From NCBI GenBank assembly GCA_028534125.1, contig CM052817.1, forward strand, positions 49,292,001-49,356,000: a stretch of 64,000 nucleotides of DNA. The letters run 5' to 3'. Below are positions 37,320-49,960 of this stretch, one piece after another. Under the pieces are notes generated by a model. The model searched no databases. It was not told the DNA's origin and worked only from the letters and a program-made list of their open reading frames with translations. The translations under genes were made by a program, and so were the position numbers. Source of the DNA: Lama glama. Taxonomy: Eukaryota. Position 1 is the first letter of the stretch; each line of letters begins with the position of its first letter.

Positions 37320-39520
37320 GCCAAGATGCCAGAGTAGGAGGACATGGAGCTCACAATCCTCACAAACACATCAAAAATACATCTTCATATGGAACAACTG
37401 TCACAGAAAACTAACTGTAAACTCACAGAACTACAAAAGCAAAGCTACAAAAGTGTTCCCTATAACCAGATATGATGGATAAAAGGTAAAGGATTGGGAT
37501 CTCTGCCTCTGGGAAGGATCTAAAAGGAAAGGGTGGACCCTCACCCTATGGAGCTAACGAGTGGAGCCATGGACTGGGTGTCCCAGTCCTGGTGTTCTAT
37601 TTGGAGAAAACAAGACTCTTAGATGCTGGGGAACTACTTAGACAAACAGCAGAGCTGGAGAGTCCATCAATCCACTCTCAAAAAATGCACAGGTGCTGGC
37701 TGGCAAAAACAAACAAACAGTAAGCATAACCTCTACACTGGCAGCTGTTGCCTTGCCAAAATCCCAGATCTGAGAGAGGCCAGTATCCCACCCTGTTCAT
37801 TCCACACCATAGATTGACACAAGATCTGGAATAGCTGGACCCTGGGAAAAGGCTCAGTCTAGCTGTGCAGAGGATGCTTGGGCCTTGGGTGTTGTCTGGT
37901 TGTGGAGGCCATTTCCAACGCTGTTGCTTATTAGCCAGCGTTACAAGAGTCACAGGGACCAGCAAGCGACAGTCCATCTACCAGCTGAATAAGTGCTCTG
38001 GCCCCACTGACCCCACATCTCAGTTTTGCAATACATCTGGTACAACCACAACAAGGTGAGGGACACAAACCAGGGCTGCACCTGAGCAGAACCAAAGATG
38101 CTTAAGCAGGTGGTATATCTGACATCTGTGAGCACTCAGGCCTTGCTTGCTTCAGCACTCTCTGCCCTTGGGGCAAGGAACACTATTAAAGAGAAAGGCC
38201 CTGATTGTGTCCAAACCTCCAGGCTTCTACTCCAACAACTGTGGAGCAGCCACTCCCCTGCACAGGTTTTAGACAGCCACAACACTCCCTATCAATGCAA
38301 TAATGGCCAGTACAAACTAAGGAAAGACGTAGCTGACTACCATTTCCAAAGAGTGCTCACATCAAAGACACTGGAAACATGCAGTTTACACAGGGATGCT
38401 CCCACATAAAAACACCCCTTCAAGACCACAATACAGAAGAGTTTCTCCTAAATTCACAGAGACAGAGAAAGTTAACTGAAATGAAAAAGCAGGGGTGATA
38501 CTTCCAATTCAAAGAGTAAGAGAAATCCCCTTAAAGAATAAATAATGACACAGGAACACAAGTCTACAGACCTTGAGTTCAAAAAGTATGTAATAAAATA
38601 ATCTAAGTGAATTCAGAATAATTTTAGATATAAATAGAGATCACTGTAACAAATAGATAGAAGTTATGATGACCAACTAATCAATAATAGACAATTCAAT
38701 TTCTGAGATAAAAATCAGCACACAGAAAAATAATTTTAAGAAATGAAAGCAACATATGAGATCAATAGGATTATATAAAAGCACTGAATAATATAAAGTA
38801 AATACTAACAGAAATTGAGGCAGAAGTTGATAGGAATACAATAATAGAAGGAGATTTATAATACCTCACAGACATCAATGGACAGATTGTTCAGACAGAA
38901 AACCCATAAGGCAACAGAGGCCCTAAAGACACAGTAGAACACTAGGATTAATATACACAGAACACCACATCCAAAAAAGCAGGACACAGATGCTTTTCAA
39001 GCACATATGGAAGATTCTCTAGGAGACACCACAGAGTAGGTCACAAAACAAACCTCAAGAAATTAAAGAGGATAGAAATTACATCAAGCATTTATTAAAC
39101 CACAATGGTATGAAACTAGAAATCAGCTACAGAAAGAAAAAGAGTAAAAGAATGAACACGTTGAGGCTAAAAACATGATACATAATGATGGGTCGATGAT
39201 GAAATCAAAGAAGACATAAGAAAACATCACAAGACAGGGGGTAGGGTGTAGCTCAGTGGTAGAGTGCCTGCCTAGCATGCATGAAATCCTGGGTTCAATT
39301 CTCAGCATCTCAGCTAAAAATAAATAATTGATTAAATAAATAAACAACTACCTCTCCCCATTAAAAAAAGTTTTTTTAATCACAAGACAACTGAAAATGA
39401 AAACCCAACTTCACAAAATCTATGGGATGAAGCAAAAGCAGTTCTAAGAGGGAAGGTCATAGTGATGCAGGCCTTCCTCAAGAAAAAAGAAAAATCTCAA
39501 ATAAACAACTTAACCTACCT
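37320..39520 (+). mobile_element. Older L1: 5' UTR, ORF1 start, internal deletion, part of ORF2
   Basis: 5' motif CCAAGATGCCAGAGTAGGAGGAC..CTCAC..CACAAACACATCAAAAATAC; ORF1 start ATGAAAAAGCAG at 38481; jumps to endonuclease sequence near 38790. Confidence 0.8.
39237..39378 (+). mobile_element. tRNA-derived SINE (Vic-1-like) inserted in an L1
   Basis: GGGTGTAGCTCAGTGGTAGAG..CCTGGGTTCAATTCTCAG; perfect 11-bp TSD ATCACAAGACA (39226-39236, 39379-39389). Confidence 0.9.
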
Positions 39521-42500
39521 AAATAGACTTTAAAATAAAGACTGTTACAAGAGACAAAGAAGGAAACTACTCAATGCTCAAGGGAACAATCCAAGAAGAT
39601 GTTAATATATATGCACCTAATACAGGAGCACCTCAACATATAAGGCAACTGTTAACAGACATACAAGGAGAAATCAACAATAACACAATAATAATGGGGG
39701 ACCTTCGCACCTCACTTACATCAGTGGACAGATTATCCAGACAGAAAAATCAATAAGGAAACACAGGCCTTAAGTGATGCATTAGGCCAGGTGGCCTGAA
39801 CTGACATTTATAGAGCATTCTATCCAAAAGGAGCAGAATACACATTCTTCTCAAGTGCATGTGGAACATTCTCCAGAATAGATCACATGCTATTCTACAA
39901 ATCAAGCCTTGGTAAATTTAAGAAAACTGAAACCACATCAAGTATCTTTTTCAATACTACATCAGGAGATAGGAAATCAATTACAAGAAAAAAATTGCAA
40001 AAACCACAAACACACGGAGGCTAAACAATATGTTATTAAACAAACAATGGATCAGTGCAGAAATCAAAAAATACTTAGAGACAAATGAAAATGAAAACAT
40101 GATGATCCAAAATCTCTGGGACACAGCAAAAGCAGTTCTAAGAAGGAAGTTTACAGTGATACAAGCTTACCTCAGGAAACAGAAACTTCTCAATAAACAA
40201 CCTAAGCTTACAGCTAAAGCAACTAGAGAAAGAAGAACAAACAAACCCCAAAATTAGTAGAAGGAAAGAAATCATAAAGATTAGAGTAGAAATGAAACAG
40301 AGACCAAAAAACAAGGAATAGAAAAGATCATTGAAACTAAAAGCTGGTTCTTTGAATAGATAAACAAAATTGATAAACCTTCAGTCAGACTCATCAAGAA
40401 AAAAAGGAAGAGGGCCTGAATTAATAAAATCAGAAATGAAAAGAAGTTACAAATGACACTAGAGAAATATAAGGGATCATAAGAGGCTTCCATGAGCAAC
40501 TATATACTAAGAAAAAGGACAACTTAGAAGAAATGGACAATTTCTTAGAAAAGGACAACTTGCCAAGACTGAACCAGGAAGAAATAGAAAGGAAAATATG
40601 AATAGACCAATTACCAGTACTGAAATTGAATCAGTAATTTAAAATTCCCTACAAACAAAAGTCCAGGAACAGATGGCTTCACAGGTGAGTTCTACCAACA
40701 TTTAGAGAATAGTTAACATCTATTTTTCTGAAACTATTCCAAAACTTTGTAGAGGAAGAAATACTTCTGAATTCATTCTATGAGGCTCCCATCACACTGA
40801 TATCAAAACCAGACAAAGATTTACAAAAAAGAAAATTATAGCCAATAGCCCTTACAAATATAGATGCAAAAATCCTAAACAAAATACTAGCATATCAACT
40901 CCAACAGTGCATTAAAAGGATCATACACCATGATCAAGTGGGATTTACCCCACGATGCAAGTATTATTCAATATCTGTAAATTAATCAATGTAACACACC
41001 ACATTAACAAATTTAAGAATAAAAACCATATGATCACCTCAATAGATGTAGAAAAACTTTTGATAAAATTTAACATCCACTTATGATAAAAACCCTTCAG
41101 AAAATGGGCATAGAGGGGACATAGCTCAACATAACAAAAGCCGTATATGACAAACGCAGCTAACATCATACTTAATGGTGAAAAACTGAATGCATTTTCT
41201 CTAAGATCAGGAACAAGACAAGGATGCCCACTCGTACCACTTTTATTCAACATAGTTTTGGAAGTCCTAATTAGTAATCAGAGAACAAAACAAAAGAAAT
41301 CCAAGTTGGAAAAGAAGTAAAACTGTCACTGTTTGCAGATGACATGACATTATACATAGAAAACACTAAAGATGCTACCAGAAAACTACTGAAGCTCATC
41401 AATGAATTCAGTAAAGTTGCAGGATACAAAATTAATATACAGAATTCAGTTGCATTCCTATACACCAACAACAAATAGCAGAAAAAGAAATTGGGGAAAC
41501 AATCCCATTTACCAAAGCATCAAAAAGAATAAAATACCTAGGAATAAACCTGCCTAAAGAGGTACTTGCACCAAAAAAGACACATAGATCAATGGGACAG
41601 CATGGAAAGCCTAGAAATACACCTACACACTTATGATGAATTAATCTTTAATAAGGAGGTAAGAATATACAATGTGGAAAAGAGAAACTCTTCAATAAGC
41701 GGTGATGGGAAAACTGGACAGTTACCTGTAAAAGAATAAATTAGAACATTCTCTAACACCATATACAAAAAAGTAAACTCAGAATGGATTAAAGACCCAA
41801 ATGTAAAACTGGATACTCTCAAACTCCTAGAGGAAAACATATGCAGAACACCCTTGGACATAAATTACAGTGATATATTTTTTGAACCAGCTTCTAGAGT
41901 AAATGGAAATCAAATCAAAATAAACAAATGGGAACTAACTATACTGAAAGGCTTTTGCACAGCTAAGGATACCATCAACAAAACAAAAAGACAACCTACA
42001 AATTGGGAAAAGATATTTGCAAATGATGTGACTGACAAGGGACTAATTTCCAAAATATACAAACAGCTCATTCACATTAATATTAAAAAAATTTTTAAAG
42101 TGGGCAGAAGACATACACAGACATCACTCCAAAGAAGACAGATAAACAGCCAATAAGCATGTGAAAAGATGCTCAACATCACTAATTGTTATAGAAATGG
42201 AAATCAAAACTACAATGAGATATCACCTCACACCAGTCAGAATGGCCATCATTAAAAAGTCTACAAATGATAAATGCTGGAGAGGTGGTAGAGAAAAAAA
42301 ACCCTCCAACACTGTTGGTGGGAATGTAAATTGGCACAGCCGCTATGGAGGATCCTTAAAAAACTAAAAATAGACTTACCATATGATCCAGCAATCCCAC
42401 ACTATTCACAACAGCCAAGACATGGAAACAACCCAAATATCCATCTAAAGATGACTGGATAAAGAAGATGTACAAATACTATACACCCTAAAAAAAGAAT

Positions 42501-42955
42501 AAAATAATGCCATTTACAGCAACATGGATGGACCTGGAGATCATAATTCTAAGTCAGCCAGAAACAGAAAGAAAAATATCACGTGATATCATTCATAGGT
42601 GAAATCTGAATTAAAAAAAGACACAAATTAACTTATTTATAAAAAGAAAAACTAACTCACAGACATAGAGAACCAACATATGGTTACCAGGGGAGAAAGG
42701 GGCTAGGAAGGAGTAAATTAGGAGTTCAAGATTTGCAGATATTAAATACTATATATAAAATAGATACACAACAAGTTTATATTATATAGCACAGGGAACT
42801 ATATTCAATATATTATAGTAACCTCTAATGAAAAAGAATATGAATATTTGTATACATACGTATGACTGAAACATTATGCTGTACAGAAGAAATTGACACA
42901 ACATTGTAAACTGACTATACTTTAATAAAAAATAATGAAAGTTTTAAAAATAAAG
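39521..42955 (+). mobile_element. 5'-truncated L1 (ORF2 endonuclease to 3' UTR), degraded with internal deletions
   Basis: ORF fragments [51 protein letters not shown]; 3' UTR ending in an A-rich tail near 42925-42955. Confidence 0.92.
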
Positions 42956-42959
42956 TATC

Positions 42960-44420
42960 CCTGCAGAAGAGCCTGAGCTTTTGAGGCTCAGACTCTGAAG
43001 CAATCTATGCTTCCAAGATACTCTCATGAACTATAGCCCAATCACCAAACAATTCGTAAAAGCAACAGTAAGAAAACAGACAGTCAAAGGAGGTCCCTAC
43101 TAAAACCTGAGGCTATAACTTCCAACTAGCCACTTAGTCACTAAGCAAATAACAGCAACAATACATGGAACTGGAAAGAACCAGTATCCAGTGCTGATAC
43201 ACTCTATTATCTAAATGTTCTCTTTTCAGGAAAACTTTCACAAGACATAAAAAGAAATAGGAAAATGTGACCTACATGAGAAAAAAAAAAAAAGCAAGGA
43301 ATGGAAACTTCCTGTGGCAGGAAAAATTGGTTGGCTGTAAGGGGAAAATTTTTCAATTTATCTGTTGTAAATGGGTTCAATGACTTAAAGAAAACTACCA
43401 AGAAGACAAAACACTCAAAAATAAATAAATAAAATGAGAAACTAAAATAAAAAATATGAATGATCATAAGAGACTACTGTGAATCACAATATTTCAACAA
43501 ATTGTACAAATTAGAAGAAATGCAAAAATTCCTCAAGGCATACAACCTACTTTCAGGAAACCATGCTTTAAGAAGAAAGCTATTAAAACAATATCCTATC
43601 TAAGAGCATCTATAAACAAATTGTATTTAACAAAAGAAACAAATGGAAATTGTGGAGCTGAAAATTATGGTATCTGAAATGAAAAATTCACTAGAGGCAG
43701 TCAACAGTAGATTTGAAGGAGCTGATGAAAAACCTGCAAACTTGAAGATAGATCAAAAGACAACAAATCCAAATAAGAGAGAGAAAAAAGAATGAAAAAA
43801 TTGGAGAGGCTTAGGGATAGTGACAAAAAGAAAGAGGAACAGAGCAAAATATTCGAAAAACAGTTTCTGAAGACAACCCAGGTATAATGAAATACATTCA
43901 TCTACAAATCTCAACAATTCCAAGTAAGATAGAGAAGAGCCACACGCAGACACAACTGAAATGTTAGAAACTAAAGACAGAAGATGTTGAAGCAATAAGA
44001 AAAAAGTAATTCATGCATACCAGCAAATTCCACTATGATACAGCTTCTATCTCATCAGAGGCAATGGAAGCTCTATGACTGTGGGATGACATGTTCAAAG
44101 TGCTACAAACCTATCAATCAAAAACTCTGTATCAAACAAACCTACTTTCAAAAATGAGGGCAAAATACAGATATTCCTCTGTCCCACACTCCACCAAAAT
44201 ACCATTCATTGGTGGGAAATCTGCCTTACAGGAAGAACTGAAGGAAGATCTTGATGCAAAAGAAAGTAAACCCAGACGGCAGTTCTACTCACCAGGATAA
44301 ACCAGAGCACGGGTGAAGACAATTAAGTAATTATACAAGACAGTATAAGAGCACATTTCTTCTCCTTTCTTCTCTTAATAAATATACAAAGCAAGCAGGT
44401 AAACCATGCATACAATTGTA
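42960..44420 (+). mobile_element. Old L1M 5'/ORF1 region, degraded
   Basis: GAAATGAAAAATTCACTAGAGG..AACAGTAGATTTGA..AAACTTGAAGATAGATCAA; TCTCATCAGAGGCAATGGAAG..GTGGGATGACATGTTCAAAGTGCT. Confidence 0.7.
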
Positions 44421-44459
44421 CTGTAGGCATATGACACAGAGTTAATACATTTGGGGAGG

Positions 44460-46168
44460 GGCATTGCACCAGTGGTACAGACCCTGAGGTGACAGCAGTG
44501 GCTGAGGCCCAGGAGGGCACGGTCCTATAGCAGAAGAGCCCGGAGATATACTGGGTCAAAGTTCCAATTCTGGCCCCAGGGGGCGTCACAGAGCAGCAGC
44601 ACCTGTTCTCAGAGATGGCCTGTTAAAGCCCCCTGTCAGGACCCAGGGGGTGGGGTGCAGAGCAGCAGCGGTGTGGCCCTGGTAACGGTGGGGCACAGCG
44701 CTGGCTGAAGACCCAGGGTGAGGAGCAGAGCGCAGCCCTGCGGCCCCAGCAATGAGAGCTTAAAGCCCTGACTCAGGGCTCACGGAAGGTGTGTACAGCA
44801 GCAGCAGCTCAGCCTAGGGAGTGGCCAGGCAGAGCCACAAGTAGGAATCCAGGGTGAGGTCCGAAGCAGTAGCAGCAGGGCCACATTTATGGCAGGACGC
44901 AGCCCTGACTCGGAACCTGGGGCTCGGCGCACAGCAGCAGCTCCAGTCACACAGATGGCAAGGCCAGGTGGCAACTCCATCAGGGAGAGCAGGTTACAGG
45001 AGGGATGGGGCCCCAAGGGTCAGCTCACACCACAGCGACATTTCCAGCCTCAGGAAAGACGCAGAAAGACGCAGGGACTCTGGGCAGTTCTGTCAGCTGG
45101 AATCCGTGTTGGTGAAGATATTGGAAGTCCTCGGTGTCAAAGGCCACAAACGCCTCGGGTGGAGAGGCTTGCTGGGGTCCTCCTGGTCTCTTTTTCCCCA
45201 GGGGGTGAAATGCCTCCAGGGCATCTCTGCTGGGACAGGCTGCTCTGAACCAGGGGATGAGGCGAGGTAGCTAAAGTCTTTCCTCTGCTTTTCTACATGG
45301 CCATCCTCAGTTTTGTACTCTGCAGGGATTCTGCTGCTTCTTCATTGTAGTNNNNNNNNNNNNNNNNNNNNNNNNNNNNNNNNNNNNNNNNNNNNNNNNN
45401 NNNNNNNNNNNNNNNNNNNNNNNNNNNNNNNNNNNNNNNNNNNNNNNNNNNNNNNNNNNNNNNNNNNNNNNNNNNNNNNNNNNNNNNNNNNNNNNNNNNN
45501 NNNNNNNNNNNNNNNNNNNNNNNNNNNNNNNNNNNNNNNNNNNNNNNNNNNNNNNNNNNNNNNNNNNNNNNNNNNNNNNNNNNNNNNNNNNNNNNNNNNN
45601 NNNNNNNNNNNNNNNNNNNNNNNNNNNNNNNNNNNNNNNNNNNNNNNNNNNNNNNNNNNNNNNNNNNNNNNNNNNNNNNNNNNNNNNNNNNNNNNNNNNN
45701 NNNNNNNNNNNNNNNNNNNNNNNNNNNNNNNNNNNNNNNNNNNNNNNNNNNNNNNNNNNNNNNNNNNNNNNNNNNNNNNNNNNNNNNNNNNNNNNNNNNN
45801 NNNNNNNNNNNNNNNNNNNNNNNNNNNNNNNNNNNNNNNNNNNNNNNNNNNCCTCGGGTGGAGAGGCTTGCTGGGGTCCTCCTGGTCTCTTTTTCCCCAG
45901 GGGGTGAAATGCCTCCAGGGCATCTCTGCTGGGACAGGCTGCTCTGAACCAGGGGATGAGGCGAGGTAGCTAAAGTCTTTCCTCTGCTTTTCTACATGGC
46001 CATCCTCAGTTTTGTACTCTGCAGGGATTCTGCTGCTTCTTCATTGTAGTCCAGACATTTCCCAAAGTAATTCACATTGGTTGCCCTTGCTCATTTACAG
46101 TTTCTGCTGTTCTTGTGGAATACAAGTATTAGCCTTCTAACCTAACCGTCCATCTTGCTGATGTCACT
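44460..46168 (-). mobile_element. Probable 5' UTR of an old L1M element (GC-rich)
   Basis: Ends in CCATCTTGCTGATGTCACT (reverse: AGTGACATCAGCAAGATGG, an L1M-type 5' terminus); GC-rich body without a credible ORF. Interrupted by the gap. Confidence 0.5.
45352..45851. other. Assembly gap (500 N) flanked by a 199-bp duplicated sequence
   Basis: 45153-45351 is repeated at 45852-46050. Confidence 0.97.
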
Positions 46169-46274
46169 GTATCTAAATTCTGCATCAAGGAGACTGCAGA
46201 CAAAAGAGCCTTTCGCTTCCTATTGTTCTACATCAATCTTATTACTTACATAATACAGCTGACTTGCATGTGCA

Positions 46275-46460
46275 AGGTCATCGACATTTAGAGGAGTCAC
46301 AGCACTGACAACACAACAGTAAACACTGTAGAAACACCAAGTGTTCTACACTTTGCCCTTTCACTTGATTTCCGCAGCTGCTGACTACTCATATTAATGT
46401 ACTAGTAGAGATTTAGAAGTTGTATTTTAACTTCCAGATTGATTTCTCCTTGGATATAAG
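46275..46460 (+). promoter_or_regulatory. Proximal promoter of UGT2B-like gene C
   Basis: AGGTCA 46275-46280; HNF1-like GTTGTATTTTAAC 46419-46431; TATAAG 46455-46460; ATG at 46517. A proximal HNF1 site is an established feature of UGT2B promoters. Confidence 0.65.
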
Positions 46461-46516
46461 CATGAGAGATAGCAAGATGATACAGTAATTTTTTAAAAGA
46501 TTTGCAAGTGAACAAG

Positions 46517-47237
46517 ATGTCCGTGAAATGGCTCTCACTTCTGCTGTTGCTGCAGCTGAATTGCTACTTTAGCTCTGGGAGTTGCGGGAAGGTGCTGGTG
46601 TGGCCAGTGGAATACAGTCATTGGATTAATGTGAAGACAATTCTGGATGAACTTGTCACGAGGGGTCATGAGGTGACTGTCCTGACATCTCAAGCTTCTG
46701 TTCTTATTGATCCCAGCAAACCATCTGCTATTAAATTTGAGATTTTCCCAACACTCTTAACCAAAGATGATTTTGAGAATACCATTAAGCATATGCTCGA
46801 TAATTGGACGTATATGGTAAAAGATTCATTTTGGACTTACTTCTCAACAGTGCAAAGTATCTTTGGGGAATTTTTTGATATGCAAATGAAGGTCTGTAAA
46901 GATGTTGTTTCAAACAAGAAATTTATGACAAAACTACATGAATCAAGGTTTGACGTCGTTCTTGCAGATGCCATTGGGCTCTGTGGTGAGCTGCTGGCTG
47001 AGGTACTTCAAATCCCGTTAGTGTATAGTCTCCGCTTCTCTCCAGGCTTTTCGCTGGAGAAGTATGGTGGAAAACTTCCACTCCCACCATCCTACGTACC
47101 GGTTATCATGTCAGAATTAGGTGATCAAATGACATTCATGGAGAGGGTGAAAAATATGATGTACGTACTTTATTTTGACTTTTGGTTCCAGACATTTAAT
47201 GAGAAGAAGTGGAATCAGTTTTACAGTGAAGTACTAG
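46517..47237 (+). CDS. UGT2B-like gene C, exon 1 (721 bp; signal peptide and aglycone-binding domain)
   Basis: [53 protein letters not shown]...DVVLADA...[18 protein letters not shown]. Catalytic His (SHW) and Asp (LADA) present, no stops. Exact UGT2B ortholog not assignable by eye. Confidence 0.97.
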
Positions 47238-47842
47238 GTAAGTCATGTTTTCAGTTGGTGGCATAAAGTCCTAACTTTTCTAATGACTTTGAAGATGAAA
47301 TCATATAAATCAAAGTCACAGAAATTTATGTTTTATAAGTGAAATGATGAAATGAAAATATAAAACTCCACCTCAGTTTCATAATAAATATGGAAACATT
47401 AGTTAGAGGGTAAGGTATAACCCTGTGGCCCATTACCAGTGCAGGACACTCAGGAAAGCCATGAACCACAAATCGAAGCACTTAAGACATCTCCAAGCAA
47501 TTATATAATCCATCTTACTAAACTTCATTTTCTAAATTAAAACAGGTCACTAGAAACCTCCAAAAATATCCTGAAAATAAAAACATGTAGATTTAAGAGC
47601 TATGTACATATTCATAACACAAGTATCTGGATATCATTTAGAAATACTTTCTACTTGTGTAGCACAGTTTCCGTGTTACAGCATAGTACCCACAATTAAA
47701 AATAGATTTGCTTTATCAAAAACAGACACATCTTTGGCTACATCTTTCCAAGTTCCATTACAGGAATTATCTAACATTTTCACATGCTAATATTGTCATT
47801 TGATCTAACATTTGTTCTTTTTGTTCTCATTTTTCCTTTAAG

Positions 47843-47991
47843 GAAGACCCACTACATTATTGGAGACAGTTGGGAAAGCTGACATGTGGCTCATTCGAAC
47901 CTTTTGGGATTTTGAATTCCCTCGCCCACTGCTACCAAATTTTGAATTTGTTGGAGGCCTCCACTGCAAACCTGCCAAACCTCTGCCTAAG
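47843..47991 (+). CDS. UGT2B-like gene C, exon 2 (149 bp)
   Basis: AG 47841-47842; (G)[49 protein letters not shown]; donor AAG|GTCACC. Confidence 0.96.
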
Positions 47992-49960
47992 GTCACCTAT
48001 TCCTGTGTGTTTTGTTTTTGTTGCTTTTGCATTTTCAAGAGGAATACTTATGCATTCTTTGTTTAGAGTGATTAATACAGCAGAGAAATGTGGGTAGCTG
48101 GATAAAGTGACTTGCTTATTAGAAACACATACATTTCTATACCAACACAAATATCTGAATTTCATTATCATTACAGAACAAGTTGGGATGATTTGAAACT
48201 TTGTTAAACTACAGCTTTCATTATTCAACACATAATAACACATCAGACAGTCATTAAAAGAATAATTATGAAGGGACTAGCATCTTCCAAACTTGAGTGC
48301 TCATATGCAGAGAAATAGTATAGACCCAGTTTCTGCTACTTGACAGTCCACCTGAAAAGACAGAATACAAGCAAGTCATAAACACTGTGAAGAGTGTTAC
48401 AATAAGGAAAGACCACAATGCTAAGGAAACATTCACAGAAATCATAGAAAGTATCTCTGATTCTTTGATAATTAAGGTGAGATCTGAACATGTGCAGGAA
48501 TAAGCAGAAGCAGTAGGTCAGGGGTGGAGGAAGATACAAAAGACAGCCAGGGAGAGTAGTTAGTGACACTTCCCAAGAAGTCCAAGTTTAGTCTGAACAG
48601 GAAGAGGCTGAGTAAAGACGCAGATGGCGCTGGAGAGTTAAGTTGGAGACAGACATTCTAAGGAGTTTGAAGCACTGAGTAAGACATTAGGGAGAAAATT
48701 AAGAAGGTTAAGCAAGGAAGAGGTACGATCACATTTGAAAAAAAACAACACCGAATGTAGTCACTGGGCTGGGTTATTAAAGGGATAACAGTGGAAAGGG
48801 AGACCATTTCACAGGTTGCTGAGAGATATAGGCAACAATGCTGAAAAAGTAGACTACAGTGTTCATAGAGACATGACCATGCTGACTCATGGTAAAAGCA
48901 CCAACCTTATAAAGTTGTAGTGGGGAAAAAATTGTTAGTACACATGGAACATCCAAAATGTCTGGCACACACTGAATCCAGAAGAAATATTGACTATTGT
49001 CATTATTGTTATTTTGTTACTATTACATACTAATAATAAACTAATGTGTGCCAGCCACCTAGATCTAATTCTTAATTGAATAGGAACTGGTTTTCCAACC
49101 CATCGATTATATTCTCTAGCAAATTCCTGAAGAGTATATATTCCATGGAGGGCTTGAAAAGTAAATTTTAAAAATTTTAATTAAAAAATTAAGTTAACAG
49201 TAATTTAGTAAAAACTTAAATAAAATGTAATTAATAAAATTAAGAATGTTTTAATGTTAAGAGTTTTTAAGGTTTTGGCAATCTGATGAGCAAGATGACA
49301 GGCTAAATTTTTTTCCTAAGGATTGAGCCACTTCACCAGGGTTCTAGCTAAAAGGAAGATCATTCCTCAACAATACGAATGTAGGCTCTAACAATTTTTG
49401 CAGCCAAATCCAAAATTTCCTTCCTTTCACAGCAACATTTCAGCCATTCCTTCATTTGAAATCCCAGAGTTTTATATCTTACAGCATAAGAGACGTAACT
49501 TAGTTTATTAGGGCAGGTGTTTTCTGCCTCAGCTAACCCTACAGAAGACCTCAGTACAGCACTCTCAAGAATGTAGGTCTCAACCTTGTAGCTGCTGACA
49601 GAATGAGCACAGAGAAAATGTACACTGAGTATACAAGCACCATAAATTCTGGACATAAATAACAAAGAGCAAATAATTTCTACCACTGGAATCTGAAAAC
49701 TTCCCATACTGTCAAATTATAAAAAACTCTCTTCAGTTTATAGGATGCTATTCCTTACGAAAGGAAGCAAGAATCTAATCTGCTTTACATTAATATGATG
49801 TTTTAAATGAATTTAAGACATTAATAGGTGGCAAGCAATCTTTAGCAAAGTATCTTGTGAACATAGGAGATCCCTTCTTATTATTTTTTATTGGTGGAAA
49901 AATGAAACTGATATCTTTTTCAATGGTAAAAATAATGTATCTTTGGACTGCAAATTCTTT

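Noticed and set aside
39237..39315. tRNA-like sequences with A/B boxes (also 24225-24293, 36205-36280)
   Set aside because: A-rich tails and TSDs identify them as SINE heads, not tRNA genes.
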